A DNA stretch of 64,000 bases from Candidatus Poribacteria bacterium (GTDB taxonomy: Bacteria; Poribacteria; WGA-4E; PCPOR2b): positions 3,717,888-3,781,887 of the forward strand of contig OZ252032.1 in NCBI GenBank assembly GCA_965247655.1, written 5' to 3'. The notes beneath the pieces were generated by a model. That model made no database searches and was not told the DNA's origin. It saw nothing but the letters and a program-made list of their open reading frames with translations. The translations under genes were made by a program, and so were the position numbers. Below are positions 45,789 through 54,450 of this stretch, one piece after another. Numbering within the stretch: the stretch's first letter is position 1; every line of letters starts with the position of its first letter.

Positions 45789-46499
45789 CTATGAGATTTC
45801 TTGCAGTATTGTCCTCGCTGCTTCACGTGGGTTATCTGCTGCTGTGATGGGGCGTCCAACGACGATGTAATCTGCCCCGGCATTGATTGCTTCACCCGGT
45901 GTCATGACACGTTGTTGATCGTTTGAAGCCGCCCACGCCGGGCGGACACCGGGTGTAACAATCACAAAATTGTTGCCGCAAACCTTCCGAATCAACTCAA
46001 TCTCCAATGGTGAGGCGACGACGCCCTCCAACCCCGCTTTCTGGGATAGTTCTGCAAGATAAGCGACTTGATCTTTCAACCTGCGTTGCGTTCCAAAATC
46101 ACGCTGGAAATTCGTCTCATCAACGCTTGTGAGGATGGTCACCCCCAAAAGTGTTGGCTTCGGGATACTGAATTCGGACGCTTGTTTTTCTGCGGATTCC
46201 CCTGCGGCACGCATCATCTCCAGTCCACCTGAAGCGTGTACGTTGATGATATTGGCACCAATTTTTGTCGCAGATGCAACTGCGCCGGCGACAGTGTTAG
46301 GAATGTCGTGAAATTTGAGATCGAGAAAGATGTTTTTCTTTGCTTCGTGTAGCAGCTTAACGGAAGCGGGACCGACAGCAGTGAAGAGTTGTTTGCCAAT
46401 CTTGAACCATTTGACATCATCGGAAAGTGTGGTAACCAGCCGGTTTGCGGTTGCTAAGTTTTCTACGTCTAAAGCAACGATGAGTTGATTTTGGGACAT
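45789..46499 (-). CDS. pyrF: Orotidine-5'-phosphate decarboxylase
   Basis: LIVALDV and FLDLKFHDIPNTV motifs. ATG at 46499 (AAGGA RBS) is preferred to 46523. Confidence 0.9.
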   Translation of the reverse strand: MSQNQLIVALDVENLATANRLVTTLSDDVKWFKIGKQLFTAVGPASVKLLHEAKKNIFLDLKFHDIPNTVAGAVASATKIGANIINVHASGGLEMMRAAGESAEKQASEFSIPKPTLLGVTILTSVDETNFQRDFGTQRRLKDQVAYLAELSQKAGLEGVVASPLEIELIRKVCGNNFVIVTPGVRPAWAASNDQQRVMTPGEAINAGADYIVVGRPITAADNPREAARTILQEIS

Positions 46500-46567
46500 A
46501 TTAGATCCTTGTATCCATTCCATACATGGTATTGGGAGGCTTTTTTATGCACAACCCCACACCGGGT

Positions 46568-47368
46568 TCAATGGTGGTCTACGCGAGGTTCGATAGGCAG
46601 GGTACGGAATTCGCGGATGAGCGCGGCGAGTTCTGCGGCGGCGGCGGTGAAGAACCGTTCCCCCTTTTCCACTGTACCGAGAGTCGCGTCGCCGATGACT
46701 CCTGTCTCCGAGATGCGTGACCAATGATCCATCATCCGTAGCGGTGCACTGCCCTTGCCGCGTACCGTGCCACGCCAATAGTAGCGGGACACTGGAACCT
46801 TCACTTCATGGGTAGCTTTGTCCATCTGCACTGCCGTATCGTTGAGATAGCGGTAGACCGATGTTTCAATCTCGTCCGCGTGGGACAGTACATCTGACTC
46901 AACAATCTCATCGACCGAAACGCCTGCCCCCGCGTTGAGCATGCCGCAGTGTGCCTCAGTTTCGATCACTGTTCGGCGCGCTGCCAATTCCAAGATAGGG
47001 ACGTTGGAGCCGTGACCGTTGACGATAAGGATCTTGCGAAAACCGTGGTGGGCAACACTCTTGGTAATATCGACAACAAAGTTCAGCAAATGGTCATCAC
47101 GGATGGTGATAGTGCCGGGGAAATCCATGTGATGGTCTTCAAAGCCGTAAGCGAGTTCGGGCAAAAGCAGCACTTCGTCGGGGATTTGTTGCGCAGCCGC
47201 ATCACAGATGCTGCTGACCACGAAGGTGTCCACGTCCAAGGGAAGGTGATGGCCATGGTCTTCGGTGGAGCCTACAGGTAGGACAACGACGGGTTGTTTT
47301 TCGACCAAATCCCTGATTTCGAGCCAAGTGTAGTGGTCGTAGCGGTAGGGAAGTCTGGGTCCAATCAT
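46568..47368 (-). CDS. Creatininase-family amidohydrolase
   Basis: VLPVGSTEDHGHHLPLDVD and VNGHGSN blocks. Confidence 0.85.
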   Translation of the reverse strand: MIGPRLPYRYDHYTWLEIRDLVEKQPVVVLPVGSTEDHGHHLPLDVDTFVVSSICDAAAQQIPDEVLLLPELAYGFEDHHMDFPGTITIRDDHLLNFVVDITKSVAHHGFRKILIVNGHGSNVPILELAARRTVIETEAHCGMLNAGAGVSVDEIVESDVLSHADEIETSVYRYLNDTAVQMDKATHEVKVPVSRYYWRGTVRGKGSAPLRMMDHWSRISETGVIGDATLGTVEKGERFFTAAAAELAALIREFRTLPIEPRVDHH

Positions 47369-47489
47369 AGTATCTCCTTTACACTGCGCGTAAGATGTCC
47401 CCGAACATCAACTGTGGTTAAATATAGAAAGCGGTCAATTGTGTATAATGACTAGGGCGTGTTGACATTTATGCAAAACTGTCCGTAAT

Positions 47490-47642
47490 CGTAGGTGCTC
47501 GCATCCCGATTTATCGGGGGGCGGGGTCCCCTCGCCCATTGACCAACACGGGTTGGAACCCCCAAACCATACGGGTTGAGCCGATTGTAGGTCGAGATTC
47601 ATATCTCGACACCGAATCGTCGATTTTGGAAAATCGACCTAC
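47490..47642. repeat. Cluster of repeat hairpin modules
   Basis: CCCGATTTATCGGGGGGCGGGG (47505-47526). TGTAGGTCGA (47586-47595) pairs with TCGACCTACA (47633-47642) and encloses GTCGAGATTCATATCTCGAC. 47585-47613 is the reverse complement of 56325-56354. Confidence 0.75.
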
Positions 47643-47877
47643 AGCAGTTCAAAATCGTCTATGATGTGTGATCAAAGGGTTGGGAAACCCAATCCCTACA
47701 AAGGACCATCTGTTTGTGCACACATCTCGACTATCTGATTGCGATGAAATGTCAACAGAACCTAATTATGTGAATGAGCGAGGTCAGGAACCTTGTTCGC
47801 GGAGTTACGGCACACGGCGTGTGCCTACTACTTTTAATGTCTGTTTATTTTTAGAATTCACTATAAGTGCTACGCAA

Positions 47878-48660
47878 CTACTTACTAATCTCAACAAGCC
47901 ATGCGATGTGGTTTAAGTCATGAAACATAACATCAGCCTCGGCAATCCCACATGCTTTAAGGTTCGATAAGAGGCTCTCCTCGGTCCATCTGGCAGACCA
48001 GAAATTTTCCGCAGTCGCTACAAATCGTCCGCCTCTGGGTGTCACGACATGCTGGTCAGTGTATTCATAGAAATCGATCTGGGCATCTTCTGCCTCCGGT
48101 ACATCCTTGTAGATTGTTAAGAACATCAACCCACCCGGTTTCAGTGCTCGATAAAAGTTCGAGAATATAGCGATAAAACTCGGATTCCGATCGAGGTATG
48201 CGTCCGTATAAAGACTTAGATCTGTTGATGGTTCTCTAAAATTGCCGGGGGTAAAGTATAAACACCAGACGAGATCATAGAAATTGTCTGGCAATTTGAC
48301 TTGAGTGGCATCGCCAAGAAATAACTCGGTGTTGTTTAACCCCTCCTTACGCCATCTGTCTTGAGCAATTTCTCCAATATGAGTCGATATCTCAAAGCCG
48401 TGATAAAGGCGACAGGTGGGCGCAAAGATTGAGCCGTGGTAACCTGTGCCGCAACCAAGATCGGCAATGGTGTAGGGCTGCCCATGGAATCTTTCAATCA
48501 GGATTTCATCTTGCCCTTCTCGCGCTTCTTTTATCGGTTCCGGACAGTAAGATGATTCCAAAGATTTCAGCACCGCTCTGGCTTCAGATTCACGTAAATT
48601 GCTGCTCATATCGCAATTCCTGAAAGGCAAATTTCTCATACAGTTCTCGTTACCTATCAC
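47878..48660 (-). CDS. Class I SAM-dependent methyltransferase
   Basis: IADLGCGTGYHGS motif I. GTG start overlaps the stop of the upstream gene (GTGA). Internal ATGs at 48639 and 48609 are alternative starts. Confidence 0.75.
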   Translation of the reverse strand: MIGNENCMRNLPFRNCDMSSNLRESEARAVLKSLESSYCPEPIKEAREGQDEILIERFHGQPYTIADLGCGTGYHGSIFAPTCRLYHGFEISTHIGEIAQDRWRKEGLNNTELFLGDATQVKLPDNFYDLVWCLYFTPGNFREPSTDLSLYTDAYLDRNPSFIAIFSNFYRALKPGGLMFLTIYKDVPEAEDAQIDFYEYTDQHVVTPRGGRFVATAENFWSARWTEESLLSNLKACGIAEADVMFHDLNHIAWLVEISK

Positions 48661-49955
48661 CCTTTTCTCAAAATCAGCAAAAATTCAGATTTCATTCCAT
48701 CTGGATTCTTATTTTTCCGAGTGCCAAATAGCTGTCTATTCTTTATCCGATCTTCATACAGGTTTTCAAAGAAATATCCGTTGTCCATAAAATATTCCAT
48801 CAAGATCCGCCAGATTTCAACCTTTATTCCATCAATCAACGGATTTCCGATGAAAATGCAGGCGGTTCCGTTCGTTTTTAACTGATCCATTGCATTCTCA
48901 AGGGCGTTGACGGTATGGCAAAAATACGAATCTAATAATTTAACGAGATCAGCCCGTGTGAGTTCCGTCCTTATTTTCTCCAGTGTTGGGGTCTGAATCA
49001 GCCTGTCCGCTTTCCGATACGGTATTTCAAGTCTGGATAATTTTCTTATCTCTTCATCGTTATACCCCAACCAAAACAGTTCCATTTTGACTGTCCGCAT
49101 ATATTCTTGGGCTTGTAGATAAGGCGGCGATGTGATTAAGGCATCAAACTCCTGCTGAAACGAAAAATATGACGAATCCACCCCACCCTTAAACTCAACA
49201 CAGTTATTGTGACGGTTCGTGAGTGTTGCAAAGTCATTCAGACTTCGTAAGGTTTCTAATGAATGCCCCCTAATCATCTTTTGTAATTTTTCAGTCCAAT
49301 CCGTCTGCAGCAGTTCCTCGATATATTTTAGCTTACTTTTAGACCTGAAAAGTTTAGGGGTTCTATGTTCCGCATAGGAGAAGTGCTTACTCATCTTCAC
49401 CAGCGCTGATTCTACAATTGCAGTGTATGTGCTGCGTTCACTGTTTTTGATAAACCCCCAATACCTACTTAGAACCTCCAGCATTTCAGGCGGATACCAG
49501 TATGCTATATTTGACCACGCTGGGGTGAAGTGATTGCTACTTTCTTCTAAGCCATCTAACATCTGACTGAGACTGTCTTCACACAATCGCTCTTTTTCAA
49601 TACGCACCTTAAGGGGTATCATATAATCCAAAAGCGGATTTAGGTCGAGCAGAAACGCGTTTCGTTTGCATAAGTAAGCCTCAACGCCCACGGTTCCTGA
49701 ACCCGCAAATGGATCGACCACCCAATCACCCTCTTTTGTGAACGACTTCAGCGCGTATCTTACAACATGGGGTATAAATTTAGCGGGATAATAAAAAATT
49801 GCGTGTGTCAGATAGCCTGTATCTTTGATTTCGGGGACTAACTCCCGAAAGGAGATCAATTTAATTCGCTCATCGGTTTCATCGTCTTTAGAAGCATCTA
49901 CCACATCGTTTGCAGGGAAGGGAGCCGGTTGTTCTGTTATATCCTTATTTTTCAT
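48657..49955 (-). CDS. DNA (N4-cytosine or N6-adenine) methyltransferase-like protein, no visible nuclease partner
   Basis: YPAKFIPHVV...VVDPFAGSGTVGVEA (motif X-I, aa 55-94) and ITSPPYLQAQEY (motif IV, aa 274-285), separated by ~190 aa. The gene is markedly AT-rich: I counted 41 G+C in 120 nt at 48661-48780. Confidence 0.7.
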   Translation of the reverse strand: MKNKDITEQPAPFPANDVVDASKDDETDERIKLISFRELVPEIKDTGYLTHAIFYYPAKFIPHVVRYALKSFTKEGDWVVDPFAGSGTVGVEAYLCKRNAFLLDLNPLLDYMIPLKVRIEKERLCEDSLSQMLDGLEESSNHFTPAWSNIAYWYPPEMLEVLSRYWGFIKNSERSTYTAIVESALVKMSKHFSYAEHRTPKLFRSKSKLKYIEELLQTDWTEKLQKMIRGHSLETLRSLNDFATLTNRHNNCVEFKGGVDSSYFSFQQEFDALITSPPYLQAQEYMRTVKMELFWLGYNDEEIRKLSRLEIPYRKADRLIQTPTLEKIRTELTRADLVKLLDSYFCHTVNALENAMDQLKTNGTACIFIGNPLIDGIKVEIWRILMEYFMDNGYFFENLYEDRIKNRQLFGTRKNKNPDGMKSEFLLILRKG

Positions 49956-49972
49956 GGTGCGCCTTATCGGGA

Positions 49973-51748
49973 TTATGTCACCTTCGCTACAACAACTGTT
50001 ATATCATCTTCCGGCTCAGTATTTTCAATAAACCCACGAACATCGTCTATCATTTGATCGATGTTTTCTATCGATGAAAGGTCGCCTTGTGCAGCGCGTT
50101 GGATACTCCTTTCGAGTCGGTTGTAGCCGTAAACCCTTCCGCTGGGGTTGGCAGCCTCCGGAAGTCCATCGGTGTAGAAAATGAGCAGATCCCCTTCGGA
50201 CAGATCGGCCGTTTCATCTATATAATCCGATTTCTGGGACACACCGAGTGGGTAGCTTTCGGCAGTTAATTCGTCAACGGTACCTGTGCTTCTATGATAG
50301 TGATAGATTTCGGGATGACCTGCTTTTGACCACTGCACCTGCTTTTCATCCAGATCAATGACAGCGACACAACAGGTAATAAAAGGTGTACGCTTAGGTT
50401 GTTGACAGAGCGAATGATTGAGCGCGGAGAGCATTGCACCGGGTGCCCCTTCTTTGACGGCAAACTCAAGCATCCCGGAGAACATCACAGCAGGGATTGC
50501 TGCGGACATATCGTGTCCGGCCACATCGGCGATGACGATTGCAAGTTTTCTCTGATCGTCATCCATCCACAGATAGTTATAATAGTCCCCACCGACGCGG
50601 TTCGCTGCGAAGCAACGCCCTGCCAAATCGAGTCCACTAATATCAGGCGATTCGGGTAACAATCCCATCTGCATGCTCTGAGCGGTTTGAATTTCTTGCG
50701 CCATGAGTTCCTTACCGAGCATTTCAGAGACCACGCGATTTCCCACAGCCAGCGCGACGAGAAGAATAATAATAGTAGCGACCGCCGATACTCCCATAAG
50801 CCACCGGGACTGCTGCTGTAAGGGCGCATGAGCTGCGTCGAGGGAACTGTACGTTAATGCGGTCCACACCTCACCGCGGGACCAGCCCACAAGGACTTTT
50901 TCGTCCTCCGTCTCCCCGATAGCGAACCCATTCTTACTCGCCCGGTTCTTCCAAACCTCTTTGTTATTAGGGAACGCGACGCGAGATGTTTCTTCTAGGA
51001 CCCCCGCTTGATCTGTCTCAGTCGCTGCAATGATGAAACCGTATCGATTCAGCAGCTCATAATGCCGCGCAGTCCCGTGTCCCCCACCTCCACCAATTAG
51101 ATTCTGGATATTTTCCACACTGTAGACCACCTTCATAATGCCCACAGTTTCATCGTCATCCGCTTTGACACTCATGTTAATATCGACGGAATAAACACCT
51201 GCGCTTTCATCAAAGCCAATATCTCCGATATGTTCGCCTTTCTCTTTCGCCGCCGCCCACCATTTTTCACCGAATGGCGGATCATCTCCCGGTCCTTGAT
51301 CGAAATCACTTGTTTTGTCCGTAGCAGCGGCAACGTATCCGCGCAGATCGGTCAGAAAGATTTCCTTGAATTGATCCGGATTCGTCTGCTGGAGGTTCTT
51401 AAGAAACTGTGCCCCGGGAGTTGAAGTTAATCCGTCACGGTTCCATTCCTCAAATAATTGATCGTAACTTTTCTTTTGAGCTTCGGTCACCGTGTTCACC
51501 AAAACTTTTCGATTCTCAAAACTGGTCCAATTCTCGACCAAAAGGCGTATGTTCTCCATCTCGCGGTCAATCTTATTCATCGCCTCAATCGCGAAGTCTC
51601 GCTCGATAGTGCCGACGACTTCGTTCAATGTTTTCTGGCTTGAATAGAAAGCGAGGATCGAGGCAGAAAACAGCGGAGATAATCCGATTAAAAGGAACAT
51701 AATAACAATCTGGCTTTTTAAGGTTCTGCCTTCATTACGCATCAACAT
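49973..51748 (-). CDS. Membrane sensor PP2C (SpoIIE/RsbU-type) serine phosphatase
   Basis: Two TM segments flank a ~290-aa extracytoplasmic domain. The C-terminal PP2C domain carries GGDYYNY...VIADVAGHDMSAAI and ...FYTDGLPEA. Confidence 0.85.
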   Translation of the reverse strand: MLMRNEGRTLKSQIVIMFLLIGLSPLFSASILAFYSSQKTLNEVVGTIERDFAIEAMNKIDREMENIRLLVENWTSFENRKVLVNTVTEAQKKSYDQLFEEWNRDGLTSTPGAQFLKNLQQTNPDQFKEIFLTDLRGYVAAATDKTSDFDQGPGDDPPFGEKWWAAAKEKGEHIGDIGFDESAGVYSVDINMSVKADDDETVGIMKVVYSVENIQNLIGGGGGHGTARHYELLNRYGFIIAATETDQAGVLEETSRVAFPNNKEVWKNRASKNGFAIGETEDEKVLVGWSRGEVWTALTYSSLDAAHAPLQQQSRWLMGVSAVATIIILLVALAVGNRVVSEMLGKELMAQEIQTAQSMQMGLLPESPDISGLDLAGRCFAANRVGGDYYNYLWMDDDQRKLAIVIADVAGHDMSAAIPAVMFSGMLEFAVKEGAPGAMLSALNHSLCQQPKRTPFITCCVAVIDLDEKQVQWSKAGHPEIYHYHRSTGTVDELTAESYPLGVSQKSDYIDETADLSEGDLLIFYTDGLPEAANPSGRVYGYNRLERSIQRAAQGDLSSIENIDQMIDDVRGFIENTEPEDDITVVVAKVT

Positions 51749-51800
51749 GAGATACTCCGAAAAGTAAGTATAAAAAAGATGATATCATGTATTTTTCTTT

Positions 51801-51829
51801 TTGACACCCAAGACGGTGTTGCGTAAAAT
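51801..51829 (+). promoter_or_regulatory. Sigma70-type promoter candidate for the epimerase gene
   Basis: TTGACA (51801-51806), a 17-nt spacer, then TAAAAT (51824-51829), about 80 nt upstream of ATG 51912. Confidence 0.5.
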
Positions 51830-51911
51830 ATAACAACATGATAACAAAATAGGGTCAAAATCACAAATAAAAAATTGACCTAGTTCGTAATAAAATGAGG
51901 AGATAGCTCTA

Positions 51912-52946
51912 ATGAAAATTCTGGTTACTGGCATATCTGGCAGAATCGGTGCGAATCTTGCCAAAGCTCTCATTGATGAAGGGCATGAGGTACGCGGGTT
52001 GGTTTGGGAAAAGGATTTGCGGTTAGACAAGTTTGACGGGCTTCCAGTTGAGTTGGTTGAAGGAAGCTTAGTTAATCCTGCTGATGTGAGCAAAGTGGTC
52101 AACGGGGTAGAAGTGATTTGTCATCTGGGAGCGGCATTCCAAGGCGGGGGTCCCTTCTCCAACGAGGATTATTTCGAGATTAATGCGCGTGGCACGTTCA
52201 ACATGCTGGAGGCTGCCCGTGAAAACGCGGATAATTTGAAACACTTCTTCTTTGCAAGCACCGACGCGACCTACGAGAAATACCTCCCCGGCGGTCTGTC
52301 AGAACCGATCCGCGAAGACGAGATGCCTCAGAAGCCGGGCGGGTGGTATGCGCTCTCAAAGGTACTTGGCGAAGAGATGTGTCGCGGGTACTATCGGAGC
52401 TATCAACTGCCGATCTCGATTTTCCGTTTTGCCTTCGTGGTCGCTGGCGATGAGCTCTTAAATTTTTCGCAGTTCCGTCTTGATCATTGGCAGAATGCCT
52501 ACGCAGACAGGACCACAGGTGCCGCCGCCGAGACCCGTCGACAACTACTGGGATTCGGTGACACCGGAGAACGCCTGCTCATCGCACGAGATGAAAATGG
52601 CAGATCCTATAAAAAACATATCGCAGATGTGCGGGACATCGTACTCGGTTTCTTAGCCGCGCTCGGTAAACCGGAGGCAATCGGAGAAACTTTTCAACTT
52701 GCTGGACCCAAGCCTTTTACATGGGAGGAAACAGTTCCTTATCTAGCGAAGAAATTGGGCGTGGATTACGTTGATGTTCGGTTGGCAGACAACACGCCGA
52801 CCTATTATGAGTTCGATCTCGCCAAAGGCGCGCAGCTTATTGGTTACCGACCACAGTTTGATATCTTCAAGATGATTGATTCCGCCATTGAATTTCGGCA
52901 GGGTGCTGCCTCCGATGTGATTCCTACGCAAATTGCCTCAGCGTAG
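51912..52946 (+). CDS. NAD-dependent epimerase/dehydratase family protein
   Basis: MKILVTGISGRIGANLAKAL Rossmann motif and YALSKVLGE (YxxxK). Confidence 0.85.
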   Translation: MKILVTGISGRIGANLAKALIDEGHEVRGLVWEKDLRLDKFDGLPVELVEGSLVNPADVSKVVNGVEVICHLGAAFQGGGPFSNEDYFEINARGTFNMLEAARENADNLKHFFFASTDATYEKYLPGGLSEPIREDEMPQKPGGWYALSKVLGEEMCRGYYRSYQLPISIFRFAFVVAGDELLNFSQFRLDHWQNAYADRTTGAAAETRRQLLGFGDTGERLLIARDENGRSYKKHIADVRDIVLGFLAALGKPEAIGETFQLAGPKPFTWEETVPYLAKKLGVDYVDVRLADNTPTYYEFDLAKGAQLIGYRPQFDIFKMIDSAIEFRQGAASDVIPTQIASA

Positions 52947-52985
52947 GCGAATTGAAATCGGAGTGGCACTAACAACAAGTCAATA

Positions 52986-53975
52986 TTAATCCGATGCAAT
53001 GAGACGGGCTTGTGCACTTGTTAGGATTTCGCAGATCAGTTCATCATAAGACATTCCCGCCGCCGCTGCTTGCGCAGGTAAATCGCTGAGGTCAGTCAAC
53101 CCCGGCAGTGTATTAATCTCCATTACGTAAGGCTGTCCGTCGGTATCGACTAACATGTCCACCCGTGAGACACCCCAACAACCGACCGCTTGGTGCGTCC
53201 CAAGCGCGATTTCCTGTACCTGCTTGGTCAGCGAATCGGATAATCTCGCAGGAATAATAAACTCTGTCATGCCTTCGGTGTACTTCGCCTCGTAGTCGTA
53301 AAATTCGCGTTTAGGAACTAGCTCAAGTATGGGCAGAGCGCGGAGGTTTTCTTCGATTCCTAGCAACCCAACAGTGACTTCCTGTCCTTGGATATATCGT
53401 TCAAAAAAGATTTCCCCGAACTGATGTTGGGTTTTATGGGCGATTCGCCTGACCTCTGGCAGCTCAGAAATAATCGATACTCCAATGCTTGACCCCTCCG
53501 ACGCAGGTTTAAGCACAAGCGGCAATCCCAAACGATCTATTGCCTCCTCGCATTGCAGATTTAAACTTTGGTTCGGGTCAACCGTGAAGTAATCCGGCGT
53601 TGGGATGTTCAGCGTAGATATCACCCGCTTGGTCATGACCTTATTCATCGCCAACGCACTTGCAAGCACCCCGGAGCCGGTGTAGCTAAAGTCAAATGCC
53701 TCTAAAACACCTTGAATCGTTCCATCCTCGCAACCTTTGCCGTGTACCCCCAGAAATGCGATTTCAATCGAGGCGGCTCGCATCCGCTCCACCCAATCAA
53801 GGTCGATTGGATCAATTGTCACTACATCTGCGCCAAGCCGTTGAAGTGCGGCGGCGATTCGCGCCCCGGATCGCAATGACACCTGTCTTTCACCCGATTT
53901 TCCACCCATCAACACCGCAATTCGTTTTTCGAGCAACTGTTCTCTCTCCATCTCAAAAATCTCCTTTGTCGTCAT
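52986..53975 (-). CDS. ddl: D-alanine--D-alanine ligase
   Basis: IAVLMGGKSGERQVSLRSG, HGKGCEDGTIQGVLE, EINTLPGLT. Confidence 0.9.
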   Translation of the reverse strand: MTTKEIFEMEREQLLEKRIAVLMGGKSGERQVSLRSGARIAAALQRLGADVVTIDPIDLDWVERMRAASIEIAFLGVHGKGCEDGTIQGVLEAFDFSYTGSGVLASALAMNKVMTKRVISTLNIPTPDYFTVDPNQSLNLQCEEAIDRLGLPLVLKPASEGSSIGVSIISELPEVRRIAHKTQHQFGEIFFERYIQGQEVTVGLLGIEENLRALPILELVPKREFYDYEAKYTEGMTEFIIPARLSDSLTKQVQEIALGTHQAVGCWGVSRVDMLVDTDGQPYVMEINTLPGLTDLSDLPAQAAAAGMSYDELICEILTSAQARLIASD

Positions 53976-54052
53976 TGAAAATCATATAATATTTCGTGCA
54001 AGAGTCATGCCCGATATATCTATTTGGCGTTCTGATTTTGGGTCGTCGGCTT

Positions 54053-54278
54053 TCAGGGTTCAGGTCGTTTCGCCATCTCCTCGAAGTAAGCTGCATTCGG
54101 ATTGTCAATCCAATCGCAACCCCACCCCAGTTCTTTCAGCCTGCTTTGAACAATCGGCAACGTCGCCCGCAATTCTTTTACCGTCACCCATTCATCGGCA
54201 AAAATCTGTGGCTCGATCAATGAACTGTTGGTCTTCTGGACTGAAATGGATTTCTTCCCTCACGGCAGACATCTCCAT
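54053..54278 (-). pseudogene. Candidate small ORF (~74 aa) interrupted by a frameshift at a T5 run
   Basis: Frame A (ATG 54278) reads MEMSAVREEIHFSPEDQQFIDRATDF and stops at 54194-54192. The +1 frame continues ADEWVTVKELRATLPIVQSRLKELGWGCDWIDNPNAAYFEEMAKRPEP to 54053. The junction is the homopolymer at 54200-54204. Confidence 0.3.
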
Positions 54279-54450
54279 TTTTGCCCTTTTGTCGGGAAGC
54301 CTGTGTTCAATCTGACACAGATTACTAGCCGCACTGCCCTGTCTGAAAACAAAAGTCCCTAAATAGTAACGCCAGATGTCTGAAATGGGTTTCGCAAAAC
54401 AGATGTATGGCTGAGACGTAAGACTGATGTGTACTACTCTAGAAATCTGA

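Noticed and set aside
47369-49955. A restriction-modification system, with a nuclease partner for the DNA methyltransferase-like gene.
   Set aside because: No ORF with nuclease-like motifs is adjacent. The coupled gene is a class-I SAM methyltransferase, and the 82-aa ORF 47668..47916 overlaps repeat modules and a hairpin. I report it as an orphan methylase only.
49973-51748. An RsbU-type partner-switching module around the PP2C phosphatase.
   Set aside because: No STAS-domain antagonist, anti-sigma kinase or sigma gene is adjacent. The ECF genes are 22 kb away on an unrelated stretch.
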